The notes beneath the pieces were generated by a model. The model saw only the letters and a program-made list of their open reading frames with translations. It ran no database searches and had not been told where the DNA came from. DNA of 64,000 nucleotides from Terriglobia bacterium. GTDB taxonomy: Bacteria > Acidobacteriota > Terriglobia > 20CM-2-55-15. Where the stretch lies: assembly GCA_965198225.1 (NCBI GenBank), contig CBDAOY010000009.1, forward strand, positions 768,001-832,000, in the 5' to 3' direction. The translations under genes and the position numbers were made by a program. This document shows, one piece after another, positions 40,017 to 50,259 of this stretch (the first letter of the stretch is position 1; each line of letters begins with the position of its first letter).

Positions 40017-40970
40017 ATGGACCTTTTAGGGTTTGCGCTCCGGAAACTGCTCTACGGCATCCCGCTGATCCTCGGTGTGAGCTTCGTGAGCTTTCTGCTC
40101 ATGGTTTACTTCGGACCCGACCTGACCTTCCAGCTCGTCGGACGCAATCCCAGCGTCGAGCAGCTCGAACGGGCGCGTGAGCTGCTCGGCTACAACGATC
40201 CGTTCCTGCTTCGCTATCTCGATTATCTGCGTGAGCTCGCAACGCTCGATTTCGGCGAGTCGCTTTCGACGGGCGAGCCGGTCCGAGAGCTGCTCGCGCG
40301 GACGGTGCCGAACTCGATCCTCGTCACGCTGCCCGGATTCGTCATCGGCAACCTTCTCGGGATCGGGCTCGCGCTCGTCGCGGGTTGGTTCCGCGGCGGC
40401 ATCGCCGACAAGCTGATCATGGCCGCCGCAGTCGTCGGCATGAGCATCAGCTTTCTGATCATCATCATCGCCTTCCAGCTCTTCTTCTCGTCGCGTTACG
40501 GACTCAACTATTTCCCGGTGCTCGGCTGGGAAGTCTCGAATCTCGGCAACTACATTTACTATGTCACGGTGCCGACGCTCGCGATCGTCTTCATCTCGCT
40601 CGGCTACAACACGCGCTTCTATCGCGCCGTCGTCGTCGAGGAGATGAGCCGGGACTACGTACGCACGGCGCGCGCCTATGGCGCCGGTGCCGGGCATATC
40701 CTGTTCCGGCATGTGCTGAAGAACAGCATGATTCCGATCATCACACGAATCATGTTTTCGATTCCGTCGATCATCATCGGCGGCAGTCTGCTCATCGAGG
40801 CGTATTTCGGGATTCCGGGCGTCGGCGCGGCCGCTTACGACGCGATCACGACCGGCGATCAGCCGGTGCTCAAGGCCGTGGTTGGTTTGACGGCCGTTCT
40901 CTTCGCGCTCGTCATTATAGTGAACGACGTGCTCTATCGTGTCGTCGACCCTCGGGTGTCCGTCAAATGA
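40017..40970 (+). CDS. Peptide ABC transporter permease (OppB/DppB-like)
   Basis: DFGES, DYVRTARAYG (EAA loop), IEAYFGIPGVG. Confidence 0.92.
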   Translation: MDLLGFALRKLLYGIPLILGVSFVSFLLMVYFGPDLTFQLVGRNPSVEQLERARELLGYNDPFLLRYLDYLRELATLDFGESLSTGEPVRELLARTVPNSILVTLPGFVIGNLLGIGLALVAGWFRGGIADKLIMAAAVVGMSISFLIIIIAFQLFFSSRYGLNYFPVLGWEVSNLGNYIYYVTVPTLAIVFISLGYNTRFYRAVVVEEMSRDYVRTARAYGAGAGHILFRHVLKNSMIPIITRIMFSIPSIIIGGSLLIEAYFGIPGVGAAAYDAITTGDQPVLKAVVGLTAVLFALVIIVNDVLYRVVDPRVSVK

Positions 40971-41860
40971 GCGTCGCCGCCGAATCGCTGCCCGCGGCGG
41001 GCATCCGGTCGGACTCGCTCTGGCGCAAGGGCCTGAGGAAGCTCGCGCACGACCGGTTCGGGGTCGCAGCACTGGCCATCGTCCTCGCCTATCTGCTCAT
41101 TGCCGCCTGCGTCTGGCTCGGGCTGCTCGGGCAGGACTGGTTCGTGACGACCGACTCGAGTTTTGCGCCTGCGTCGGCCGAGCACTGGTTCGGCACGACG
41201 CGAAACGGGCAGGACATATTCGATCGCGCCATCTTCTCGACCAAGACGGCCTTCGAGATCGGTCTGCTCGTAGCGCTGTTCACAACGGCGATCGGCGGTG
41301 TCCTCGGCGCCATCTCCGGATTCTATGCCGGCGGTTGGATCGATGAAGTGCTGCTCTGGTTCATGGGCGTGCTCGACGCGATTCCGTTCTACCTGTTCGT
41401 CGCCGCCGTCGCCTACGCGATGCAGGGACATCCGCTCGGCATGCACGCGGCTCTGATCGCCACGCTCTGGACGACGACTGGCCGCATCATCCGCGGCGAA
41501 GTCATGAAGCTCAGGAGTCTCGAGTTCGTCGAGGCCGCGCGGGCCGTCGGCGTGGGGAACCTGCTCGTGATTTTCCGGCACATCCTGCCGAATACTTCTC
41601 ACATTCTGCTGGTGCAGGCGACGATCGTTTTCGTCACGGCGATCAAGGTCGAGGTGATCCTGTCTTTCCTCGGCATCGGCACGCAGGATGGCGTGAGCTG
41701 GGGGCTCATGATCTCGCAGTCGACGAACGAGGTGACGGCCGGCTTCTTCAATAACTTCATCGCGGCATCAGCGTTCATGTTCGTGCTCGTCCTTGCATTC
41801 AATCTGTTTTCGGATGCGCTGCAGGATGCGCTCGATCCGAAGAAGGTGACGGGGGACTGA
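40967..41860 (+). CDS. Peptide ABC transporter permease (OppC/DppC-like)
   Basis: HWFGT..NGQDI, EFVEAARAVG, RHILPN, DALQDALDP; start at the ATGA overlap. Confidence 0.92.
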   Translation: MSVAAESLPAAGIRSDSLWRKGLRKLAHDRFGVAALAIVLAYLLIAACVWLGLLGQDWFVTTDSSFAPASAEHWFGTTRNGQDIFDRAIFSTKTAFEIGLLVALFTTAIGGVLGAISGFYAGGWIDEVLLWFMGVLDAIPFYLFVAAVAYAMQGHPLGMHAALIATLWTTTGRIIRGEVMKLRSLEFVEAARAVGVGNLLVIFRHILPNTSHILLVQATIVFVTAIKVEVILSFLGIGTQDGVSWGLMISQSTNEVTAGFFNNFIAASAFMFVLVLAFNLFSDALQDALDPKKVTGD

Positions 41861-41865
41861 GGCCC

Positions 41866-42846
41866 ATGAGCGAATCGCCAATCCTCGAAATCGAGGATCT
41901 CGTCGTCGAGTTCGCGACCGAGGATGGCGCCGTGCGTGCCGTCGACGGGCTTTCGCTCTCGATCGGCGCCAGCGAGATCGTCGGTCTCGTCGGCGAATCC
42001 GGCTGCGGCAAGAGCGTGACGGCGCTCGCGCTGCTCGGCCTCGTACCGTCGCCGCCCGGCCGCGTATCTGCGGGGTGTCTGCGTTTTGACGGTCAGGAAT
42101 TGCATCAGCTCGACGAGGCGGGGCTCCGAAAACTGCGCGGCGCCGGTATCGCGATGATCTTCCAGGAACCAATGACGGCCCTGAATCCGGTGTTCACGGT
42201 GGCGAGCCAGATGACAGAAGTGCTTAGACGCCAGCGCGGCCTCGAGGCAGCGGCTGCGCGTGCCAGCGCGGCCGAGTGGCTCGATCGCGTCGGCATACCC
42301 GAGCCGGAGCAACGCCTCGGCGATTATCCGCACGAGCTCTCGGGCGGCATGCGCCAGCGCGTCATGATCGCAATGGCGCTCGCCTGCGAACCGAAGCTTC
42401 TGATCGCAGACGAACCGACGACCGCCCTCGACGTGACGATTCAGGCCCAGGTGCTCGAGCTCATGCTGTCGCTGGCGCGCGAGACGGGCACGGCCATGCT
42501 GCTGATCACCCACGATCTTGGCGTCGTCGCCGAGACCTGCGATCGGGCCTGCGTCATGTACTGCGGCCGGCTCGTCGAGGCCGCGTCCGTCGAAGATCTC
42601 TTTGCGGCGCCTCGACATCCCTATTCGGCAGGTCTGCTGGCTTCGGTGACGCGCGTCAGGGCCGAGCGGCTCGCGACGTTGCCGACGATCCCCGGCGTCG
42701 TGCCGGATCCGGCGCACCTACCGAGCGGCTGCACATTTCGTGACCGCTGCGCCAACCGAGAGGCGCGCTGCGCCGAAGAGCAACCCGAATTGCACGAGCT
42801 CGGGCCGGCACGCGTTGCCTGCCACTACCCGGTAGCGGTCCCGTGA
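41866..42846 (+). CDS. Peptide ABC transporter ATPase (OppD/DppD-like)
   Basis: [25 protein letters not shown]; C-terminal Cys cluster. Confidence 0.95.
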   Translation: MSESPILEIEDLVVEFATEDGAVRAVDGLSLSIGASEIVGLVGESGCGKSVTALALLGLVPSPPGRVSAGCLRFDGQELHQLDEAGLRKLRGAGIAMIFQEPMTALNPVFTVASQMTEVLRRQRGLEAAAARASAAEWLDRVGIPEPEQRLGDYPHELSGGMRQRVMIAMALACEPKLLIADEPTTALDVTIQAQVLELMLSLARETGTAMLLITHDLGVVAETCDRACVMYCGRLVEAASVEDLFAAPRHPYSAGLLASVTRVRAERLATLPTIPGVVPDPAHLPSGCTFRDRCANREARCAEEQPELHELGPARVACHYPVAVP

Positions 42847-43817
42847 CCGGCCTGCTCGAGGTCCGGAATCTGAAAAAGTACTTTCCCGTGCGCGGCGGCG
42901 TACTCCGCCGAGTCGTCGCCCAGGTCCGAGCCGTCGATGACGTGAGCTTTTCGATCGGTCGCGGCCGGACGCTCGGGCTCGTTGGCGAATCGGGTTGCGG
43001 CAAATCGACCCTCGGCCGTGCCGTGCTTCGCCTGCATGAGCCGACCGCAGGGGAGGTCGTCCTCGATGGGCGCCCGGTGACTGGCCTGAAGGCACGTGAG
43101 CTCAGGGAGCGCCGGCGGGAAATGCAGATCGTGTTTCAGGATCCCTATGCGTCGCTGAATCCGCGCCGAACTGTGCTCCAGACGCTACGGGAGCCGCTCG
43201 ACCTGCATGCAATCGGTACGCGCGCCGAGCGGCGCCGCCGTGTCGAGGAGCTGCTCGAGATCGTCGGACTCAGGGCCCAAGTCGCGTCCCGCTACCCGCA
43301 CGAGTTTTCGGGCGGACAACGCCAGCGCATCGGCATCGCGCGGGCGCTCGCACTCGATCCGAAGCTCATCGTCGCCGATGAGGCCGTCTCGGCGCTCGAC
43401 GTGTCTGTGCAGGCGCAAGTGCTCAATCTGATTTCGGATCTACAGCGACGACTCGGAATCTCGTTCCTGTTTATCTCCCACGATCTTGCCGTCATCCAGC
43501 ATGTCTCGCACGACGTCTGCGTCATGTATCTGGGTAAGCTCGTCGAAACGGGATCGGCCGACAGCGTCTATGCCGAACCGAAGCATCCGTATACGCGCGC
43601 GCTGTTTTCCGCCGTGCCGGTTCCGGATCCGCTTCGAAAGTCACGCCGCATCGTGCTGCCCGGCGACGTCCCGTCGCCGGCCAATCCCCCGCCGGGCTGC
43701 CCGTTTCACACGCGGTGCCCGGAAGTGCGGCCCGAGTGCCGGCGGCTCATGCCGGCCACGATCGACGTCGGCAGCGGCGCCACGCCGCATCGGGTGGCCT
43801 GTCATCTATACACCTGA
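42843..43817 (+). CDS. Peptide ABC transporter ATPase (OppF/DppF-like)
   Basis: [33 protein letters not shown]. Confidence 0.95.
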   Translation: MTGLLEVRNLKKYFPVRGGVLRRVVAQVRAVDDVSFSIGRGRTLGLVGESGCGKSTLGRAVLRLHEPTAGEVVLDGRPVTGLKARELRERRREMQIVFQDPYASLNPRRTVLQTLREPLDLHAIGTRAERRRRVEELLEIVGLRAQVASRYPHEFSGGQRQRIGIARALALDPKLIVADEAVSALDVSVQAQVLNLISDLQRRLGISFLFISHDLAVIQHVSHDVCVMYLGKLVETGSADSVYAEPKHPYTRALFSAVPVPDPLRKSRRIVLPGDVPSPANPPPGCPFHTRCPEVRPECRRLMPATIDVGSGATPHRVACHLYT

Positions 43818-44285
43818 CTCGGGCTGCTATAGAAAGGTGTGCGTGAAAACGAGCGATACCGAATCTGCGGAATCGCCGAGAATCTCGAAGCGCTCGTATT
43901 CGAGGCTGTCCTGGCGAATTGCTAATTGGCCTCGCAATCCGTTGAAAGATATCCGATCTTCTGATTGCGGTAGAGACAGCTTCAATTGTCCGAATCGCGT
44001 GCTTGGGAATACTTCCGTTTACTCCAAATAAGCGACGTACTCCGCCCCGAATCCCTTCCCTACGTCCGACACCCCTTGAACGAAATCAACGACTTGGACC
44101 ATGGGCCGGGAGCCCTTTAGGTGACGGCCATTCCGCTAAGCTGGACGTCGATCATCCAGAGGGTTGATGGAGATTTCGGCGGGCAGCCACCGCCGCATGA
44201 AACGAGGGCAGATCTCCGAGTATGCGGTTTACCAGGACTTGAGCTTCTGATTGACGCCAACTCCCTCCTGTAGTCTTATTTAGGC

Positions 44286-46991
44286 GTGATCGAGCCCGGC
44301 TCAAGACTTGCACACTACGAAGTCGTTTCCGCCCTTGGCAAGGGCGGCATGGGCGAGGTGTGGCGTGCGCGTGACACAAAATTGCGGCGCGATGTTGCGA
44401 TCAAGGTCCTGCCGGACGCGGTCGCACGGGAACCCGAGCACCTGTCCCGCTTCCGGCGTGAAGCACGAGCCTTGGCCGCGCTGAATCATCCGAACATTTC
44501 GGCCATCTACGGTCTGGAAGAACACGATCAGATTCATTTCCTCGTCCTGGAACTGGTTGAAGGCGACACCCTCTCGGACCTGCTCGCGGGCGGCCCCTTT
44601 CCGATTACTGAATCCCTTCGTATCGGTGCCCAAATCGCCGAGGCCCTCGGAGCGGCCCACGACAAAGGGATCGTGCACCGGGACCTGAAGCCGGCGAACA
44701 TCAAAGTCACACCTGACGGTCAGGTCAAGGTCCTCGACTTTGGGCTGGCAAAGGCGTTTTCCGGCGAGGGCGACGCCGACCTGTCGTGGGCTTTAACCAT
44801 CACGGAAACCGTCGAAAGCCGGAAAGGGAGGTTGGTCGGAACGCCAGCCTACATGAGCCCTGAACAGGCGCAAGGTCAGCAGATCGACAAGCGAACTGAC
44901 ACCTGGGCTTTCGGCTGTGTGCTCTTCGAGATGCTGGTTGGCAAGCGCCCATTTGCAGGAATTACCCTGTCCGACACGATCGCCCGAGTACTGGAGCGGG
45001 ACCCTGACTGGGATGCGTTGCCCAAGGGAACGCCAGCGAGGATGCGTGATCTGCTGGAACGTTGCCTGGAAAAGGATGCTCGAAACCGGCAACGGGATTT
45101 TGGGGATGTGCGGATCGAGATCGAGCGCGCTCTGTCGGAGACGGTGATCCCGTCACACGAAGTTTCCTCGGCATCGGGACTGCCATTGAACCGGGTGATC
45201 TCAGCCGTGGTTGTCGTTGGATTGATAAGCGTCGCGACCGGCCTCATCATCTGGAATTCCGGGTCGCCGGGGTTGGAGACGGTTTCCGGACCACCCCGAC
45301 TGGAGAACATCGAACGCCTCACCAGTCTGCCGGGAAACGAAAGCCAACCGGCCTGGTCTCCAGATGCGCAATTCGTAGCTTTTACTTCAGGAACATCCGG
45401 AAACAGAGACATCTGGATCAAGGCGGTCAGCGGAGGTGAACCGATCCAACTGACCCACCATGAGGCTGATGACTACACTCCGGACTGGTCGCCTGACGGA
45501 AAGCAGATCGTATTCCGTTCGAACCGTACAAATGGTGGGCTGTACACAATAGATGCTTTTGGGGGCGATGCGCGGCGCATTGCCGATTTCGGCTACCGGC
45601 CCCGTTGGTCACCGGACGGTCGGCAGGTTGTCTTTCAGCTGCGAGGCGGAACCCTGATACCCAACGAGATCTATGTCTTGGATTATCCGCCCGACGAACC
45701 GCCTCAGAAGTTACTGGCATGGGAAGACGGTCAAGATCCATATACCAACGCCGACTGGTCGCCCGACGGCGAGTATCTCGTTTACCGAACCGGCCAATAT
45801 GTGGCCGGGCCAGGTGTTGCCATCGCGGCCGTAGAGAATCCCAGCGATCAGTTCTTCCTGGAAGTTGACGGCGAGAAACTTAGGTTCGCGCAACCAGTTT
45901 GGGCCAGGGACGGCAGAGGAATCATTGGTGTGCGCAGTTCCGGTCGGACTGGTGGCGCCTTGTGGTACGCCGGGCTGGACCAAAATCGCCGAGCCACTTC
46001 AATTTCGCGGTTGACCACCGGGGTGGGGGATGGCAACCCCGATGTTACACGGGATGGAAAGCGGCTCGCATACACAACCGCTGCCGGCCACTTTGACATT
46101 TGGAAAGTAGAGCTGGATCTCAGATCGGGTCAGCCTGCCGGAGATCCGAAGCCGTTGATCGGGAGCCCGTCAAACGATGAGTTCCCGGCCATTCTCCCTG
46201 ACGACCGCCACGTACTCTTCATTTCGGATCGGGCCAACGAGCGGCATCTATACGTTTCCGATCCCGAAGGTGGCGACGTCCGCCTGGTCGACAACAGCCG
46301 AGACTGGGGGCGCATCCCTTCGGTTTCGCCCGACGGCAGATGGGTCGCCTTGCAGGTTGGACCGCCTACTGAAACCTATCTGATTCCGTTCGATCCGGTA
46401 ACCCAGCAGGCCTTAGGTTCGCCTAGAAGTGTCGGCGTACAGGCCGCGTCCAACTGGTCGCCGGATGGGAAGTACCTTTTGTTTACAGGTTCCGATGTGC
46501 TTGGATCTGGGGGAATCGATGTGCTGGACCTGTCTGGCAGTGAAGCGAAGAAAGTCTTCTGGCCTTTCAGTGCTGGCTTCCTGGAGAAGTATCCGAGGAA
46601 GATCATTGGCTATTTCTCCCGCGACGGTAACTGGATCGCGTTCGGCGCGTACAAAGAGCGCGACAAACCCGCAATCTTCGTTGTCAGACCCGGGTCGACC
46701 GAGCCGCACTTGATCTGGGAAGGGGCCGCAAACCCGATGTGGGGGCCAACCATGGAAAAGATCTATATGTGGTCGGAGCGTCCGGATGAAACTCAGGGCA
46801 GACTGGGCTTTGTTGTATTCGATACAGAGACAGGGGCACCGACGAGCGACTTCCAGCCTTTGAACCTGGAACAAAGTGCACGATCGGGCTACAGTGCGGC
46901 GTCGATAAGCAGTGATGGAAAGTGGTTAGTCTATTTCTCCGAAACGGTCGAAGGCGACATCTATGTTGCCGATCTCGTGCCCTCAAGTTGA
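44286..46991 (+). CDS. Receptor-type Ser/Thr kinase with TM and PD40 repeats (kinase 4)
   Basis: Full kinase motifs, TM, many WSPDG repeats; preceded by the same ttctgattgacgccaa...tagtcttatt motif. Confidence 0.95.
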   Translation: MIEPGSRLAHYEVVSALGKGGMGEVWRARDTKLRRDVAIKVLPDAVAREPEHLSRFRREARALAALNHPNISAIYGLEEHDQIHFLVLELVEGDTLSDLLAGGPFPITESLRIGAQIAEALGAAHDKGIVHRDLKPANIKVTPDGQVKVLDFGLAKAFSGEGDADLSWALTITETVESRKGRLVGTPAYMSPEQAQGQQIDKRTDTWAFGCVLFEMLVGKRPFAGITLSDTIARVLERDPDWDALPKGTPARMRDLLERCLEKDARNRQRDFGDVRIEIERALSETVIPSHEVSSASGLPLNRVISAVVVVGLISVATGLIIWNSGSPGLETVSGPPRLENIERLTSLPGNESQPAWSPDAQFVAFTSGTSGNRDIWIKAVSGGEPIQLTHHEADDYTPDWSPDGKQIVFRSNRTNGGLYTIDAFGGDARRIADFGYRPRWSPDGRQVVFQLRGGTLIPNEIYVLDYPPDEPPQKLLAWEDGQDPYTNADWSPDGEYLVYRTGQYVAGPGVAIAAVENPSDQFFLEVDGEKLRFAQPVWARDGRGIIGVRSSGRTGGALWYAGLDQNRRATSISRLTTGVGDGNPDVTRDGKRLAYTTAAGHFDIWKVELDLRSGQPAGDPKPLIGSPSNDEFPAILPDDRHVLFISDRANERHLYVSDPEGGDVRLVDNSRDWGRIPSVSPDGRWVALQVGPPTETYLIPFDPVTQQALGSPRSVGVQAASNWSPDGKYLLFTGSDVLGSGGIDVLDLSGSEAKKVFWPFSAGFLEKYPRKIIGYFSRDGNWIAFGAYKERDKPAIFVVRPGSTEPHLIWEGAANPMWGPTMEKIYMWSERPDETQGRLGFVVFDTETGAPTSDFQPLNLEQSARSGYSAASISSDGKWLVYFSETVEGDIYVADLVPSS

Positions 46992-47452
46992 GGTTACAGG
47001 GATAGTGATGTGCTGTGCCGGCTCTGCGACTTCCGTCACCAGAAGAAAGAGTACAAATGATCCGAACCAGAGGTCTGCCATCGCGAGCTTCAGATGCCCG
47101 TATAGTCGTTAGCGTTCATCGGAAGTGCCGCGGCGAGCGCGGCCACAGGATGAGCGAGAAGTTCCCACCGCGGCAGTTTCGATAACAAGACTTGAAGGAG
47201 GGCGCTGGCCGAATGCGGCGGACGCGGTGGGCTATGGAGAAAGTAGCCGGAAGCGGGCCGGATCTGGAGTGGCGTTGGGGCGAGGAGGGGGACCGGCGGT
47301 CGATGACCGCGTCGATGGTGTGAATCGGAAAGCAGTTGGGTCGGGGAATCGGTGGGTTGAAAGGACGGGATCTGAGGGGATTTTGCAGCGGAGGCACACT
47401 CCGGCGAGGACGTGGCTGAACCGCACGTCGGTCGTCGGTTTGTGAAGGAGGA

Positions 47453-48622
47453 TTAGGACGTATCGCATTGGAAGGCGAGCCTCGCTACGAGTTGCAGAGC
47501 GGTGAAGCGTTGGATGAGAGTCATCGGTCCCTGACAGTGCGGACACGACCAGGAAGAGTTCGAGGTGGTGGTTTCGTCAGATTCGACCCTCGGCATGGCA
47601 TCGAGGAGTTGGCGACAGAGAGCGAAGGCGGCCGACCGGCGGTAGTTGGCCATGAATCCGAAGTGTCGGATGCGGACGAAGCCCTTCGGCAGAACGTGCA
47701 ATAAGAACCGTCGGATGAACTCGTCGGCCGCGAGTGTCATGATGCGACTCTTGTTGCCATTGCGGTAATCCCGCCAACGGAACCGGACCCGGTTACCGTC
47801 AAACGAGATCAATCGATGGTTGGAGATGGCGACCCGATGGGTGTAGCGGCCCAGGTAGCGGAGCACCTGTTCGGGGCCACCAAAGGGTCGTTTGATATAG
47901 ACGACCCAGTTGCGGGAATGGATCTGGCGGCGGAACCGCCGAAAGTGTTGCGGTTCGCCGAAGGGTCGAATCGAGCCGGACAGTTCGAGCGAACCGTCGG
48001 CGATCGCTCGCCCGAGCCCGTCGATGAACTTGCCACGGAAGACTCGGGCGAGCACCTGCTTGGGGAGGAAGAAGCGCCCAGAACCCGGAATCCAACGGGA
48101 CTGATCCGGAGCCAGTCCGCCGGCCGGTACCACGCAGTGGATGTGGGGATGGAACTCCAGGTTCTGACTCCAGGTATGCAGGATGCCGAAGAAGCCGATC
48201 CGGGCGCCGAGTCGTTTCGGATTGGCCGCCACCTCGATCATCGTGTCGGCCACGCTGCGAAACAGCAGGCTGTAGAGTAGGGCAGGGTTGTGGAAGAAGA
48301 ACGGATGGAACTGGTGCGGGACGGTGAACACGACGTGGAAGTAGGGGGTGGGCAGCAGTTCGGCTTCTCGTGCTTCGAGCCACCGTCGTCGGGCCTGGGT
48401 CTGACACTTCGGGCAGTGGCGGTTGCGGCAGGAGTTGAACGAGATTCCGGACTCCCGGCCACAATCGGCACACCGGTCGATGTGGCCACCCAGAGCCGCA
48501 GTACGACAGTTCAGGATGGCGCGCAGGACCTTGAGCTTCTGGATGCCGAGGCGGTGACGCTGGAGGAAACCTCGAACCCGGGCGCGGACGATGTCGGCCA
48601 CCTCGACGGCGGGCCGGCTCAT
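47453..48622 (-). CDS. IS91 family transposase
   Basis: Translation identical to copy 1. Confidence 0.93.
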   Translation of the reverse strand: MSRPAVEVADIVRARVRGFLQRHRLGIQKLKVLRAILNCRTAALGGHIDRCADCGRESGISFNSCRNRHCPKCQTQARRRWLEAREAELLPTPYFHVVFTVPHQFHPFFFHNPALLYSLLFRSVADTMIEVAANPKRLGARIGFFGILHTWSQNLEFHPHIHCVVPAGGLAPDQSRWIPGSGRFFLPKQVLARVFRGKFIDGLGRAIADGSLELSGSIRPFGEPQHFRRFRRQIHSRNWVVYIKRPFGGPEQVLRYLGRYTHRVAISNHRLISFDGNRVRFRWRDYRNGNKSRIMTLAADEFIRRFLLHVLPKGFVRIRHFGFMANYRRSAAFALCRQLLDAMPRVESDETTTSNSSWSCPHCQGPMTLIQRFTALQLVARLAFQCDTS

Positions 48623-49509
48623 TCGCCTTTCTTCTTTCTCAGACGGGGAGACGGTCCCAGATCGGGAACCGGAAGAGAATCGATCGGGTTCACCACGCGC
48701 TGCATGTGCGCCTGAGACAAATGGAGATAGAGGGTCGTCGCTTCCAGATCGACATGACCCAACAGGAGCTGGATGGTTCGCAGGTCGGTTCCCCTCTCCA
48801 GCAGGTGGGTGGCCCAGCTGTGGCGCAGCGTATGTGGGGATACTTTCTTTTTGATGCCGGCACGTTGGGCGGCTTGTTGGACGGCGTACCAAACCGTCTT
48901 CACATCGATGGGCTGTCCGGGCCGGGTCCGGAGCAAACTGGGGAAGAGGTACTCGCCGGGTTTCCGCCAACGCCAGTAGTCGCGCAGGACTTCCAGCAGT
49001 TTCGGTGACAGCGGCACGTCGCGGTCGCGATTGCCTTTACCCTGCCTCACATGGATCACCATGCGTTCGCTATCGACGTCCTCGACCTTCAGACGACACA
49101 GCTCGGCCCGCCGCAGTCCCGTCGAATACAAGGTCATCAGGATGACGAAGTGATAGGCACTGTTGGCGGAGGCCAGCAGTTGCGCCACTTCCTCTTCGCT
49201 CAGAATCGTGGGCAACCGGGACGGCTGTTTCGGATAGACCAGATCGACCTGGTGATAGGGACGGCGAAGCACCTTCACGTAGAAGAACCGGAGTGCGGCG
49301 ATCCGTCCGATGATGGTGTCGACAGCGAGCTTGCGCTCCTGAAGCAGATGCAGCTGGTACTGCCGCATCTGTTCCTGTTCGAGCTTGTCGGGGGACTTCC
49401 CGAAGTAGCGGGCGAAGTCTTCGACCGCGTGAAGATACAGCCGAATCGTAGCGGGTGAGTAGTTCCGGCGCTGGAGTTCCTCCAGCATCCGTTGTCGCAG
49501 CTTCGTCAT
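48619..49509 (-). CDS. Tyrosine recombinase/integrase
   Basis: Translation identical to copy 1. Confidence 0.95.
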   Translation of the reverse strand: MTKLRQRMLEELQRRNYSPATIRLYLHAVEDFARYFGKSPDKLEQEQMRQYQLHLLQERKLAVDTIIGRIAALRFFYVKVLRRPYHQVDLVYPKQPSRLPTILSEEEVAQLLASANSAYHFVILMTLYSTGLRRAELCRLKVEDVDSERMVIHVRQGKGNRDRDVPLSPKLLEVLRDYWRWRKPGEYLFPSLLRTRPGQPIDVKTVWYAVQQAAQRAGIKKKVSPHTLRHSWATHLLERGTDLRTIQLLLGHVDLEATTLYLHLSQAHMQRVVNPIDSLPVPDLGPSPRLRKKKGE

Positions 49510-49824
49510 GTGAGCCTCCTTGTGAGGCTCACACTCTATCGGGGGCTCATCACTCTTCGCTCAGCACACGCGTAGCGTCCGCCGCGCCAGCGGCTTCGTT
49601 CAAGTCGCCTATGCTCCCATGTGGATCTTGCCAGAAAGGCCCCATTTCAGGCGGTTTCCAGTTTTCCGTATCGGAGGTCTATGAGGACCTGCTTCTGTTG
49701 TTGCTTCCAAACTTCCCACCTAGATAGACTTACCAGAATTTCGTAACCGGGTAAGACGCCTCGCGACCTAGGATCACACTGGAGGTCCGGCCGGAAAAGG
49801 TCGAGGGCCGGCGCATAAGGCACC

Positions 49825-50130
49825 ATGGAAAGCAAAGCTTCAGGCGATCGGATCGCCGTCAAGTTCAAGCGAAAGATCGACCTGCCATACGAGGAAGGAG
49901 CGGAACGGGCTTTTGCCGGCGCCGAGCGGCAGTGGTGGGATGAACTTGTGAGAGAGGTCGGCGCGATCCGGTTGGAGCCGCTTTTCGACATCAGGCGTGA
50001 AGCGGTCGACGCGCTGCTCGAGCTTCCGAGGACGACCTCAAAAAGTTCGTCGGCGCGACCAACAACCTGGCCACACGCCAGATCGGCTGGCTGATCTGGT
50101 ACTGGCCGCCATTCCGTCTTCTGAAGACGC
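49825..50130 (+). pseudogene. Gene fragment, possibly the N-terminal (pro)domain of a larger protein
   Basis: Protein-like IAVKFKRKIDLPYEEGAE...LEPLFD, with an apparent frameshift; family uncertain. Confidence 0.3.
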
Positions 50131-50259
50131 TCCTGTACCGGCTCACAGGGTACACGCTCAGGAAACGGTGATTCTCGTCATACCAGGTTGCGTGATATGC
50201 CTGCTTGATGTGTTCCCTGCGAGACAGGGTCTGTCAATTTCGAACTAAGGGAGAGATCA

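Larger units (their letters stand above)
47105..49607 (-). mobile_element. IS91-family/tyrosine recombinase element, copy 4
   Basis: Same ORF set as copy 1 at a constant offset of 39072; GTCG at both ends. Confidence 0.93.

Noticed and set aside
40385-40966. 5' extension of the second permease
   Set aside because: Out-of-frame overlap with the first permease; the real start is at 40967
5276-46991. Diversity-generating retroelement acting on the kinases
   Set aside because: No reverse transcriptase, and differences between repeats are not adenine-specific
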